DNA of 56,741 nt, counting the filler, from Squatina squatina (lineage: Eukaryota): NCBI GenBank assembly GCA_031763465.1. It is 4 parts of 4 records of this genome, joined end to end, with 100 filler letters (N's around TTAATTAATTAA, not from the genome) between each part and the next. Parts side by side here need not be neighbours in the genome. Positions count along the whole stretch, not along the records: positions 13,451 to 27,275 come from JARFOE010000192.1; positions 27,376 to 43,793 come from JARFOE010000235.1; 2 more parts are not named here. One strand, 5' to 3'. This document shows, piece by piece, positions 25,131 through 37,400 of this stretch; positions within the stretch are counted from its first letter, which is position 1; each line of letters starts with the position of its first letter. Position numbers and translations under genes: made by a program. Below the pieces are notes generated by a model. That model saw only the letters and a program-made list of their open reading frames with translations, did not search any database and was not told the DNA's origin.

Positions 25131-27275
25131 TGCCACTATAAAAGTCAAAATAAATATCATGGTGAAATGAACTTTGTCATTCCTTTTAGTTATCTTCTTA
25201 GAATATTCCAATTATAATTTTGTTGAATAATTGATTGTTTTACAGGTATTGAGAATCATAAAATGTGGATTATAAATGGCACTTCATGTACGGAAATCTT
25301 TCACTTTCAATGTTACCTTTTTATGGATGCTCTTTTAGTTAAGTGATAGAAGCTGCTCCATTGTTTAGCAGGTTTGAATGTGTGATGTTTACTCCATTGT
25401 ATGCTGCTATCTTTATTTAATTTATCTATAATACAGTAATTTCACAGTGTTTTTTCATTTTCTGCCCATTGAATGTTGTGGACTAAAAGAGGGACAATTT
25501 CTGCTGATTACTATTTGTAGCAAAATTGTAAACATTTTTCTACACATGTTTATGATTTTTCTATAAATAGTGAACAATTAAAATCTTTTCCCAAAGTGGT
25601 TGGATTAGAATGGGGTCTGNNNNNNNNNNNNNNNNNNNNNNNNNNNNNNNNNNNNNNNNNNNNNNNNNNNNNNNNNNNNNNNNNNNNNNNNNNNNNNNNN
25701 NNNNNNNNNNNNNNNNNNNGTTCCTAGTTCGCTTGATGATTGAGGAAACAAAGCCAGTCTTGGGGGGTGGAGCCTTCAGCATTGGAGCCTGGTTCTTGTG
25801 ACTTATTGTAATCTGAGAGAAAAAGAAATATGGTTAATAATGAGAAAAAAAAGTACAATGATTGAAATTACTGCACAGCAGTACCAACAAGTCAAACTCA
25901 CTGCAGTTCAAAAATCAATGAGCTTTCAATATTTCTCCCTCAATGCTTTCTATATATTTGTACCAAAGATATCAGTAGGGCTGCATTATGTCATTGAATG
26001 ATATGCCTTACATCTTCCCAAACTCTATCAAGTTATCAGGGAGAGACACAGCGGGCAAGTGCTTTCACAAAGTGAGAGAGAAAAGATATCAGAGAATGAG
26101 TCATCTTGAACCACTCTCATACATCTCCCAGCAGCGAGTTACACAGCAACATAGACACAGTCCTGGGGAGCAGGCTGTCGGCTTTGGAGCCTGGTTCTTG
26201 TGAGCTATTTTAATCAGAGAGAAACAGAGATATTCAGTGGGGGTAATTTTGACCTTGGCTGATGGTGTAAAACAGATCATATCAATTCAGCTGCCTGTTG
26301 TACATCTCTCCCCATTTTCATTTCCATTCACTGCTCCACAGCTACTATAAATCAATTCTTTGGGTGGGGGTATATTTATCCAATTTTCTGTCCATGACGA
26401 GTCACTTCACAGTGCTTCAGTCATTGTGAGGTAATAGGCTGCCTGTTTCTGATTGATGCCTGATATCACTTTTTTTTGGCAGCTACAGTTACAAAAGCAG
26501 TTCTGCCAATTTTCCTTTTTCTTCACATAACAATGTGAATTAGATCTGTAATTGAGCAGAAAGGGCAATGAAAACTATCCTACTCCTTTAAAATGAATGA
26601 ACTTTTCTCTGACTTGAAGGTAGGAATTAACAAGTCAAAAAAAATCTTCCTACGGCCATTCATTATGAAGTTACAGCAGATGTGAATTGTGCATTGATTC
26701 TGTTATTTCTGCTGTTCTCCCTTGTTCCAGTTATTCACAGTGCTTGAAATCAAAATCATAAGGTCAGAGGTAAGTAACATAAATCTACAAGTTTCAAATT
26801 TCTGAAATTAACTTTCATTGAGAAAACAGGAATACCACCATATTGCTTGGAAGAACAATTTTTAAAAAGCTGTCTTCTTCAGTTCCTCGAGACATGTCAG
26901 AAATTAATTCTCTTGCAACAAATGTGAACACTGTGGATTTAATCAGTCTGTGTTCTCACTCAGTTAGACTCATGGTCTAGGATGGAAATTCCAGGTATAA
27001 TTTTCAAATTACATCTAAACCAAACTAGAGGAAAAATATTTAAATACATATTCTTCTCTAGGTTAACAAAAGTTATTTTTAATCACAGCACCATGACCCT
27101 TAATATTATCGTGCAATATGAACTTTTATCTTGTATTCTAAATATTAAGAAAAGGCTGCCTTTTATTTTACTAATCCAAGTACTTTACACAGGCCAATTT
27201 ATCCTTCTCTAGCATTACTTTTCTTATTCTTTTGGGATGAGAAGGCTGAGCAATTGTCAGCACAACTCTTCCTAT

Positions 27276-27375
27276 NNNNNNNNNNNNNNNNNNNNNNNNN
27301 NNNNNNNNNNNNNNNNNNNTTAATTAATTAANNNNNNNNNNNNNNNNNNNNNNNNNNNNNNNNNNNNNNNNNNNN
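27276..27375. other. Artificial scaffold-joining spacer
   Basis: 44 N + TTAATTAATTAA (27320-27331) + 44 N. Confidence 0.97.
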
Positions 27376-27581
27376 GCCGACGTCATCAGCGCTGCGTGAT
27401 GCAGTCAACACTGGCATACCGCCCCTGAAGTGAGGCGGACAGCGCTCTGCCTCAGTTCCGCCGCGGTACGTCAAATACTGCGGCAGGAGCGAAGGTTCAG
27501 GGGCCGGTGATTAAAAATCCCGGCCCAGGAGCCTTAATGCCGCCGGCGCGCGCTGCTCAATTTCAACCTGTGTGTATTTAA

Positions 27582-27755
<174 letters not shown>

Positions 27756-28851
27756 AGTGACATTTAGAGAACGGAGCGTATCATTATAACAGCACTGACC
27801 CGATCACAATGTTGCACAATGCAATGTATGAAGCTTTCTGACACGCTTCCTGCCGTGGGAAAGACCGTGCTTGGTGTGCTAATGACCTTTCTGCACTAAG
27901 CACTTTGGGGAGAAAAACAAAACACACAACCTTTTGCTGCATTGTCTTNNNNNNNNNNNNNNNNNNNNNNNNNNNNNNNNNNNNNNNNNNNNNNNNNNNN
28001 NNNNNNNNNNNNNNNNNNNNNNNNNNNNNNNNNNNNNNNNNNNNNNNNNNNNNNNNNNNNNNNNNNNNNNNNNNNNNNNNNNNNNNNNNNNNNNNNNNNN
28101 NNNNNNNNNNNNNNNNNNNNNNNNNNNNNNNNNNNNNNNNNNNNNNNNNNNNNNNNNNNNNNNNNNNNNNNNNNNNNNNNNNNNNNNNNNNNNNNNNNNN
28201 NNNNNNNNNNNNNNNNNNNNNNNNNNNNNNNNNNNNNNNNNNNNNNNNNNNNNNNNNNNNNNNNNNNNNNNNNNNNNNNNNNNNNAATATGTTGGTGTCC
28301 TTAGCCACATCTGACCCAAAGTGTGCACGTTTGCAACAGTCAAAAGAAAACTGTCAAAGTAGCACTTGTATTATCATTGTAATAAAAACATTTTTACAAG
28401 AAAAATGAAACCACATTTGGGTCAAATTTTAAAAACATGGGAAGAAACCGTTCAGTTTAGACTTTACCCTCTTGTGCTCCTAGCATTCTAAGCTAAACTG
28501 TGTTTAGATACATAAGAGCTATGGCTGTGTAAATGTGTTTTCTAATGAATACTGAGGTTACATGTGTAGAATGTGTGAAAAATGTGTTAACATTTTTCTT
28601 GGATGGATTATCCAACGGAATAAGAGTTGATGAACACGTTTTCTTGTTCAATGAAGAAAAAACAGTCCTACTTCAGCTCTTGAATTCAAGCTATTGTCAA
28701 ACACTCTCAACTGTTCCTACCCAAGAAGGAAACAGTTAATTTGTAATAACCTGTCCCCAGGTTACATTGCCTCCTTTGATTCATTGCTGTTCAGAAGTGG
28801 GGAAACAAAATTTAAAATAGTGAACTCCCCAATCTTTCTTTGGAAAATATA

Positions 28852-28857
28852 AATAAA
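28852..28857 (+). promoter_or_regulatory. Candidate SPOP polyadenylation signal
   Basis: AATAAA about 1.1 kb after the stop, followed by a T/GT-rich tract; a second AATAAA lies at 28381. Confidence 0.5.
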
Positions 28858-30009
28858 ATACTATTTTGTATTGAAATGCCTTTTGTGTATTTCCTCTTCA
28901 GAGGAAATCCTTTTCCCCAGAAATAATATTGTGGAACATTGATTAATTGTATGATTTTGACAGTAAGTTCAACTTTTGTTTAGTGAATAAATTTTGTGCA
29001 GAAATTATTATTTTTTAAAGGTTTAGTCACAAACAGTTTGTATTGAAATCTTTTTTTCCCCAATTTTTATTTATTAGAGCAAGGTCTGCTATTTTGATTT
29101 GATTCAGTAGTGTTTGTAATATTATGCTTTGAGGACACCTCAAACTTATTTAACAAGGCTGATCTCCTTTTGAGATGATGATTAAAATCGCTCTTAACTT
29201 GTATTGTCTTGTTACCAAGGTTGAGATCTCAATTTTACAAATGTTTTGGATGAGAGTGGATGCAGCAAGCATTCCTTGCATCCTGCCCATTTAGTTCTGA
29301 GACTCGGGCATAGTTTCAGTGACGTTTGGCTGTGCNNNNNNNNNNTTTATTTTGTCACTTTCAACCTAATTTGAGCAGACAGTTTTCTCCCAGTCCTGCT
29401 CTGAGTCCCTTTTTATTCCCTTTCCATAGTAAGAAAATGGTTTGTGGCTGGATGGTGCAGAGTTTAAAAAAAAAGTATGGATCAGACTGGAAACTTGTGG
29501 TTGAGTTTGCATCGTAATGCTTTACGATTTTGTTTTAAAGTTCAGCTGTACTCTGTACACCACAGCTGATGGCAGCATAGCTTTACATTCCTGAAACTAT
29601 AAACTGTATGGTCTGCTTTTGTTGCTCATGTGAACATAGCACAATGATATGAGGATAGGCTGAAGTATTAAAGAATGTCACCTATGTATTTTGTCCTTTT
29701 ATCTACCAGCTTATTCTTCATTCCATTATACTACACTGGTGCATGTCCATTATTGCTTATTCAAATCCTTCCATTTCAGATGTTCTCAGTCACTTGATAA
29801 AGCTTCACAAATTTATTTTTGAACATTGTTTCTAGCCTCCCTCTCAAGTCTGTTATCAGGAAAATTACAACAGACATCACAACAATGTGTTGGATCAGGC
29901 CTGGTGACCATATAGGGTTCGGAGGAGAAACCACTGCCAAGGGATGTGCCGCCTATGTTGGAGCAGATAGACTGATACCTGGCAAGAACTGTGCCACAGA
30001 GATGGATCA

Positions 30010-30345
30010 CAGAGGAGAGATGGTGAAGGACAATAGAGTAGTCAACTATGATGAGCACCAGGGAAAGGTCAAGAAGAGATGGTCACAGTCACAATGTGGA
30101 CCCTTGGTGACATTGGCCAGAGTGGTTTTGGTTCTATGGAAAGGGCAGAAACCAAACCAAACAGAGACAGAAAATGTAGGTGGGGTGGGCATTGAACTGG
30201 GTGACAATATCGTGTTGGAGGAGCTTAGAGAGGTGAGGAGGCTAAAGAAAGGATCATAGACAAGAGGGGTCGAGGATAGGTTGTCGAGGAGGAGGTGACG
30301 ATGGTAGTTCTCAAAGGTGGAGCAACAAAGCCTGAGAACAGGGAG
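30010..30345 (-). mobile_element. Degenerate L2-type LINE RT fragment
   Basis: Reverse strand shows remnants of GF.P.H.T.T.L..VT and LDLS motifs. Confidence 0.55.
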
Positions 30346-30362
30346 CAGCTAACAAGGTAAAC

Positions 30363-30435
30363 AAAAAATGCTGGAAAAACTCAGCAGGTCAGGCAGCATC
30401 TGTGGAGAGGAAAACAGAGTCAACGTTTCGGGTCG
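30363..30435. repeat. Interspersed repeat (atgctggaaa.actcagcaggtcaggcagcatctgt.gaga)
   Basis: Inverted second copy at 36104-36210; family not assigned. Confidence 0.7.
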
Positions 30436-30535
30436 NNNNNNNNNNNNNNNNNNNNNNNNNNNNNNNNNNNNNNNNNNNNNNNNNNNNNNNNNNNNNNNNN
30501 NNNNNNNNNNNNNNNNNNNNNNNNNNNNNNNNNNN

Positions 30536-30880
30536 AGAGAATGGGCTGTGCCTGTGTAGTTCCACTGGAGAATGGAGTTCCGCCAGAGAATGGACTGCGC
30601 CTGTGTAGTTCCACTGGAGAATGGAGTTCTGCCAGAGAATGGGCTGTGCCTGTGTAGTTCCACTGGAGAATGGAGTTCCGCCAGAGAATGGACTGCGCCT
30701 GTGTAGTTCCACTGGAGAATGGAGTTCTGCCAGAGAATGGGCTGTGCCTGTGTAGTTCCACTGGAGAATGGAGTTCCGCCAGAGAATGGACTGCGCCTGT
30801 GTAGTTCCGCCAGAGAATGGACTGTGCCTGTGTAGTTCCGCCGGAGAACGGAGTTCCGCCTGAGAACGGACTGCGCATGC
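30536..30880. repeat. 49-bp minisatellite with alternating A/B units (98-bp higher-order period)
   Basis: Unit starts at 30536, 30585, 30634, 30683, 30732, 30781; A = gggctgtg..gttccgcc, B = ggactgcg..gttctgcc. Confidence 0.93.
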
Positions 30881-33237
30881 GCAACCTGATTGTCCCGATT
30901 TGGGACTCTGCCAATCTGGTCACCCTCGATATAGTGCAACTTCCGGAGGAGCAGGGCAAATAGGTCAGCAACTTGGATTTCTGCATATATCTGCGCACGT
31001 GCAGTAGTCGGAAGTTGCTATCTGATTTACACTTTGCTTTACTCATTATCTTTAAAGAGCCTTAATGCCATTCCAAGCTTAGATCCCTAGGAGTATTTAA
31101 GGTGGTAAGCAAGCTTTAAAGCAAACTCTGCAGTCGGTACATTTACAGAACCTTTTATTTAGAGACACATTTTTGTGAAATATTTTTTTTTAAAACGCCT
31201 GCCAAATGAAAACATTATCAGTGGTGTTGAAGTCCTTAGTGATCTTATTGAAATTCCTGTTCATTTTTATAGCAAAATTCAGTAGGACTGTGGCATTAAT
31301 TTGAATATAATTAACACTATTTAAATTTAGAGTGCAGGGGATTAGTCTGTGCTGGAAAATAGATAAGACTTGTATGAATCGTTTAGAATACATTAATCAA
31401 CTCAGAAATTAATTTAAAAATCTCCAGTGCCCATAAACCTCATGTGGCAATAATCCCAATGAAAGTCCCTATCCAGTATATATCACTCTTGCATTCATTT
31501 AATTCCCTTCCACCTAATGCTATTTTAAATTCAATACTGTAGAGTTGCTACTTTAGAGGGTCTGAAATAAACAGGACAGCTGTCAATTAGTCATATCCAG
31601 GACCATACAAAAATCTGACAGAGCCACACTATTACAGGTTCTCCTGAACTAGGATAAACTTTCTACTAAATCTTAGTCAGTTAAATCCAGTGGATTCTAC
31701 AGAGTAACATTTTCTTTTCTGTATGTTCCCCCATGTTTTTCCCCTCTCGTATATTCAGGCTCCTGATGGGGGAACAGTTTTACAGGTGCCAGCAGTTCTC
31801 TGTTGTCTCAACCAAGTGGCTCTTCTTCCTGTTTGAAGTATTAATGAATGCTGATCTTGTCCCCGTTCAAGTTCAAGCATGCACTTTCCAGCAGAGGCTG
31901 AACAATCAAAAACAATGACCTTGGTTTACTGTTTATCTCCCTGCCCATTTGCAGCCACGATCAACTATATCAGTACAGACCCCATAGTTGGACCTGGAAC
32001 CATCCTGATTTGTAAGGCTCAATTCCACACTGTGGTGCATCTTCCCCACTGAGCATTGGAGATGACTTTAAAAAAAAAAGCATGTGATTTATTCCATTGC
32101 TTAATCACTGGCAGTATTCACTAATTGCACTGTCNNNNNNNNNNNNNNNNNNNNNNNNNNNNNNNNNNNNNNNNNNNNNNNNNNNNNNNNNNNNNNNNNN
32201 NNNNNNNNNNNNNNNNNNNNNNNNNNNNNNNNNNNNNNNNNNNNNNNNNNNNNNNNNNNNNNNNNNNNNNNNNNNNNNNNNNNNNNNNNNNNNNNNNNNN
32301 NNNNNNNNNNNNNNNNNNNNNNNNNNNNNNNNNNNNNNNNNNNNNNNNNNNNNNNNNNNNNNNNNNNNNNNNNNNNNNNNNNNNNNNNNNNNNNNNNATA
32401 ACAGAAAGATGGATGCAGTTGAGAAACTACTTGAGACTTTGCTTGTAATATTTTCTTCCTAAGTCTGACTTTTTTAACCTGCACTCCCATCTTTAAAGAT
32501 CACTGTATCTGACCCCATTGATCTGTTTCTCCACTCTGAAGCATCCACCATTTCAGGTGCACTTCCTTTCACTGTACTTTGCCCTTTACATTTCTCTGCA
32601 TTGAACTGCATTTGTCATCTATCTACCCTCTCCTTAATTAGTACAACATAACACAGCACCTAGAGGTGCATTGCACTTCACCACGGGGTGGCTCACTCAT
32701 CAGGAAGATTTTTACAATGTGTCTTGTTATCACAAGGTCTTGGACTATTGAGATGTATTTTTACAAAATTTGACCTTGTTATTTCTCGGTCTAGAGTAAG
32801 GGCTCGCTAAAGTATCTTAACTTCTTTGACAATGATTAGTAAGATTCCTGTGTCTCCTGATCCTCCTGTTGTTGCCAATGACTATCTAGTACATAACTAT
32901 TAGTTGTTTTTATAAGTACTATTATAACTCTTGTACTCCCTGATATATTACATCTGTACATAGCCATTGGGCATTTTTATATATTTAATCTAGTCAATTC
33001 CTGACAAAAGTGTAGTAATTTTTAACATTTGAAGCTTGTTACATGAATTGCCTAAGCTGCCAAGAAAATTCATTACTCCAAGAATTCATTAGGGGAAACA
33101 TCTGCTCTGGAAATGCATTTAAAATGGTAGTTGTAGNNNNNNNNNNNNNNNNNNNNNNNNNNNNNNNNNNNNNNNNNNNNNNNNNNNNNNNNNNNNNNNN
33201 NNNNNNNNNNNNNNNNNNNNNNNNNNNNNNNNNNNNA

Positions 33238-33700
33238 GATGAGGATGGTGATGGGCCAGGCTACAGAGGAAGGTTGAAGGGTGTGCACAACCAAATGCTT
33301 AGTGCACTAGAAAGCCTGCCAGAAAATCTGCAGTGTCAAGGAGTATGGAAGAGTCCAACTTGGCACAGACCTTTGCGCAGAGCCTGAAGCCTATCATTTC
33401 TAACATGGAATGGCTGGCCACCTCCATCAACACACCTGTGGAACCAACCATGATGCAGAGTCTGATGACCAATGTCACAAACAGCACAAACAGCTTCCAT
33501 CAAAGGTCTGAGTGCTGCTTTACAAAATCCTGCCATTGTAGCTTTGGATACCACTGTTCAAAGGGGCTTCCAGGGCATCACAGTGATTCATCAATCTGTT
33601 TTCCAGCAGATCAGCAAGATTGCTAAAGCACTGCCCCAGGAAAGTAGCAGCAGCCCCATGGAACAGGAACCTGCTGTCCATGTATCTCCAGGTCTTCATT
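33238..33700 (+). mobile_element. Frameshifted coding remnant of an interspersed element (possibly PIF/Harbinger accessory ORF)
   Basis: Homologous to 48790-49110 on another scaffold (PQESSSSPMEQEPAV vs PQGSGSGSVEQEPAV); family assignment is inference. Confidence 0.45.
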
Positions 33701-33967
33701 GATCTGCTAGCTCTGGAATGTTGGAGACAGAACATAAATATATACTTGACAAAAAGTAGCTAACCCTGACTTAGCCATTTTGAGCTAACATTTTTCAGCA
33801 AATTCTTGGCATATATTTTCCATTTTGTGTCCATCAGTAAATATCACAGCGCATTGAAAAACAAAACAAAATAAGACTTCAGGTGAGAAGGATAAAAAGA
33901 CATCAACTCCATCATTAATCAGCAAACAGCAGTTTATTATTCTGAAACATATTTGTAAAAGTAAAGA

Positions 33968-34414
33968 ATTTGAATTTATATAACACCTCTCATAGCCTCA
34001 GTACATTCTAAAGTGCTTCAGTCAATGCAGTGCACTTTTGAAGCGTAGTCACTGTTGTAACATAAGGGAACACAGCAGCCAATTTGTGCATATGAAGGTC
34101 TCACAAACAGCAATGAGATAAATGACCAGATAATCTGTTTTACTGATGTTGTTTGGGGATAAATGTTGACAAGGATACCGGGAAAACGCTGCTGCTCTTC
34201 TTTGAATTGTTCCATGGGATCATTTACTTCTGCTGAAAGGGCAGATGAGGCCTTGGTCACATCTAGAAGGTACCATCTCTGACAGTACAGTATTCCCTCA
34301 GCACTGCACTGGAGTGTCAGTTTAGATTATGTGCTCAAATATCTTGGATGGGTGTTAATCCCACGATTTTCTGACTCAGAGGCAGAAGTGCTAATGACTG
34401 AGCTAAGACTGATA
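33968..34414 (-). mobile_element. tRNA-derived DeuSINE (SacSINE1-like), near full length, diverged
   Basis: tRNA-like head (gcctctgagtcagaa), central gatcccatgg..gaagagcag domain, L2-type tail; collinear with 45821-46282. Confidence 0.8.
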
Positions 34415-37400
34415 CCAGTACATTGACTAACAGGAGATTGATTGTGCATTGCCATCAGAGGAGTTTGGAACTCTATCTGAATCACTTCTACACATTGTTC
34501 ATCTGTTACCAGGAAGGGGAGGGTGTGATTGTCAGGGAGCTGGGTAGCAGGGATTTAGGAGAGGTTGAGAAGGATGTCCTGCAAACAGTGGACTTGTCCA
34601 ACAAGTACAATGTACTCACTATCTGTGGACAAGGAGAAAGACTGTGGGGAGGACAGCCACAATGCAGACCAAGGCACCATGGCTCAAAAGGTTGTCCAAG
34701 GGTGAGAGGAGCACAATATAAATGTGGTAGTGATAGGGGATTCCATATAATTAAGGGGCTAGATAGAGGGGCTCCAATTGCTTAGTTAGCGCAGGCGTAG
34801 AATGAGCGCTAAACGGGCGCTAGGGATGTAACACCCGTTTCCGGCGCTAAGGGGCTCCAATGCGGAATTCACATCAGAGCAGCGCTGGTGCCAAATAGGC
34901 GCTTGCACAGGAGTGCTGGAAACTTGGCGTTGGGTGTTAGATGGCCTCCATGATGTCATCAAGAGGCACAAGGCCCAAAATGGCCACCCCACTTAGAGTT
35001 GGCTCGCGCTGCAAACCTTAAAAAACAGCGGTGCCCACGCCCACTTTTTCAGGCGGTGACACACTCCGTCCTGTGATTCCTGGAACTANNNNNNNNNNNN
35101 NNNNNNNNNNNNNNNNNNNNNNNNNNNNNNNNNNNNNNNNNNNNNNNNNNNNNNNNNNNNNNNNNNNNNNNNNNNNNNNNNNNNNNNNTTGTTTGCTAAC
35201 ACTTCTGTGAAGCGCCTTGTGATGTTTTACTATGTTAAAGGTGCTATATAATTGCAAATTGTTGTTGTCCATTGGACACTCTATTCCCTGTGCTGCCGAC
35301 CGGATAAATTTTTCAGAATCCCTCAGTCAAATTACGGCCAGCTGTCTATTATCTTCAATGTCCAAAATGCACTGATCACAAAATAGGTTCAGGCGAAGAC
35401 AACCCTGCAGCCCACATTTGGAGGAAAAACGGAGTTCTAATTCTTCAAGATTTCTATATTTTACCATTATTATGGTGCAAGAGCCACATTGGCGGTGACT
35501 GTGACACTGTCTGCACATCGCATCAGCTCACTATCCTGCAGCGAGTCCAGCATAAATGTTCTGACCAGAGAGGAAAATGGAGAGGCCAGAAAATGCCCAT
35601 GCTGCTGTGTTGTTATGCAGACCGAGAACAGGACACAGCTCCTTTAAGTGGAAAGTTTTGCACATGAATTCTTGCAGATAGCCTGAGGTACCCTACAAAA
35701 GAAATATTGCAACATTAAGCCCAGCTGGAACATTTTCAAGGCAACTATAATACTTTTATAGCCATTTCTGAAACTCCAATAAATCCAGGACATTATGTTT
35801 ATCTTCTATCCAGCAGAGTTTTAACCTCCTGATTCAGTCAGTCCCTGCGAAGTCAGTTCTAGCTGTAACAAATGGGTTTCGGAGCAGTGAAGCTCAAGGC
35901 TGTGCATATAGCTCTTCATTAGTAGATCCCACCTGGACAGAGAAATACAGCTGCCCACACATCATAGGCTTGTAACCCATCATTATTAACCCTTAGCCAT
36001 TTANNNNNNNNNNNNNNNNNNNNNNNNNNNNNNNNNNNNNNNNNNNNNNNNNNNNNNNNNNNNNNNNNNNNNNNNNNNNNNNNNNNNNNNNNNNNNNNNN
36101 NNNTTAACTCTGTTTCTCTCTCTACAGATGCTGCCTGACCTGCTGAGTATTTCCAGCATTTTCTGTTTTTATTTCAGATTTCCAGCACCCACAGCATTTT
36201 GCTGTTATAAAAGGACAGAGGTTGACTAACAGTTGAGTGTTTAGAACATTTCTCTGTGTGCTATTTTTAGCACACTAGTTAATATGTTCCTATCAAATTT
36301 CTCGGCACAGAGGAATTTCAACCCCAAACTCCCTTTAATACGCTCCTGAAGCATAAAGCTGGAGGGATTTACAGTTGACTTGGTTTAGCTTATTGCACTT
36401 GTGAAACATTCTTACAAAAATCTCATTCAGCAGTCTTGTTGATTACATTCTGATATTCTATTGAAAAGGCCACTGCAGTGCTGATGGCCTTTTCTCGTGA
36501 GCCTTAATTATAGAGAGATCACTACGTTTTGGTGACTGGAGTGTACTCATGTCCTAGTTAAATAATAGCTGCTGTCACTGTGATTCATCAATCCTCTGAA
36601 CTCCCTGCATTATTTCCCTTATTTTTTTAATATACTTACATTTACAAACTGCTGACAGTCATCTTAAGGGAGTCAATTAATACAAGGAAGGTTTTACGGG
36701 AATAGGAATGAGCCAAAAGGTGACAAAATAGAGCCAGGCCTGATATCAATGACTGTTTCTATTGATCAATAGAATCAATCATTAGGAATAAATCTGATGA
36801 TTACCTATATGAAAATAACCTCGGAAGTTCAAAGAGGCAAGTCCTACCTGACCAACCTCCTTGGTGTTTTTTTAAAGTGAAATTCCAAGTGGATGTTGGA
36901 AAACCCTGATGTACTATACCTAGCCTTTCAGAAAGGCTGTGATAAAGTTCCACATTAAAAGTTGTTACACAAGCTTAAGGCATCGGGTAAGGAATTATCT
37001 GAGAGAGAGGAAACAGAAGGTACCAGATAGGCTTGTAAGAATCGGGCCAAATTGTGGGTTTTAAGATATCTTTGACATGGGCCAGACACCCCGGCCCATT
37101 CATTCAGATAAACCAGTTAAAGAAGACATTTGGTTATCAAAACCACAAGGGTTTCGAAGCAATCAAGCCCATCCAAAATACAGAAACGTCTTTGTCNNNN
37201 NNNNNNNNNNNNNNNNNNNNNNNNNNNNNNNNNNNNNNNNNNNNNNNNNNNNNNNNNNNNNNNNNNNNNNNNNNNNNNNNNNNNNNNNNNNNNNNNTTTC
37301 TAGAAGGTTTTGGATTCCCACAGCTTTCTGACTCTGAAGGTTGACTTCAAGCCTGCTCATTGCTTCCTTGCACTAGTATTTGGTGTATTTTACTGAGGAC

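Noticed and set aside
30349-31046. About 200-aa repetitive ORFs
   Set aside because: Translations of the 49-bp minisatellite
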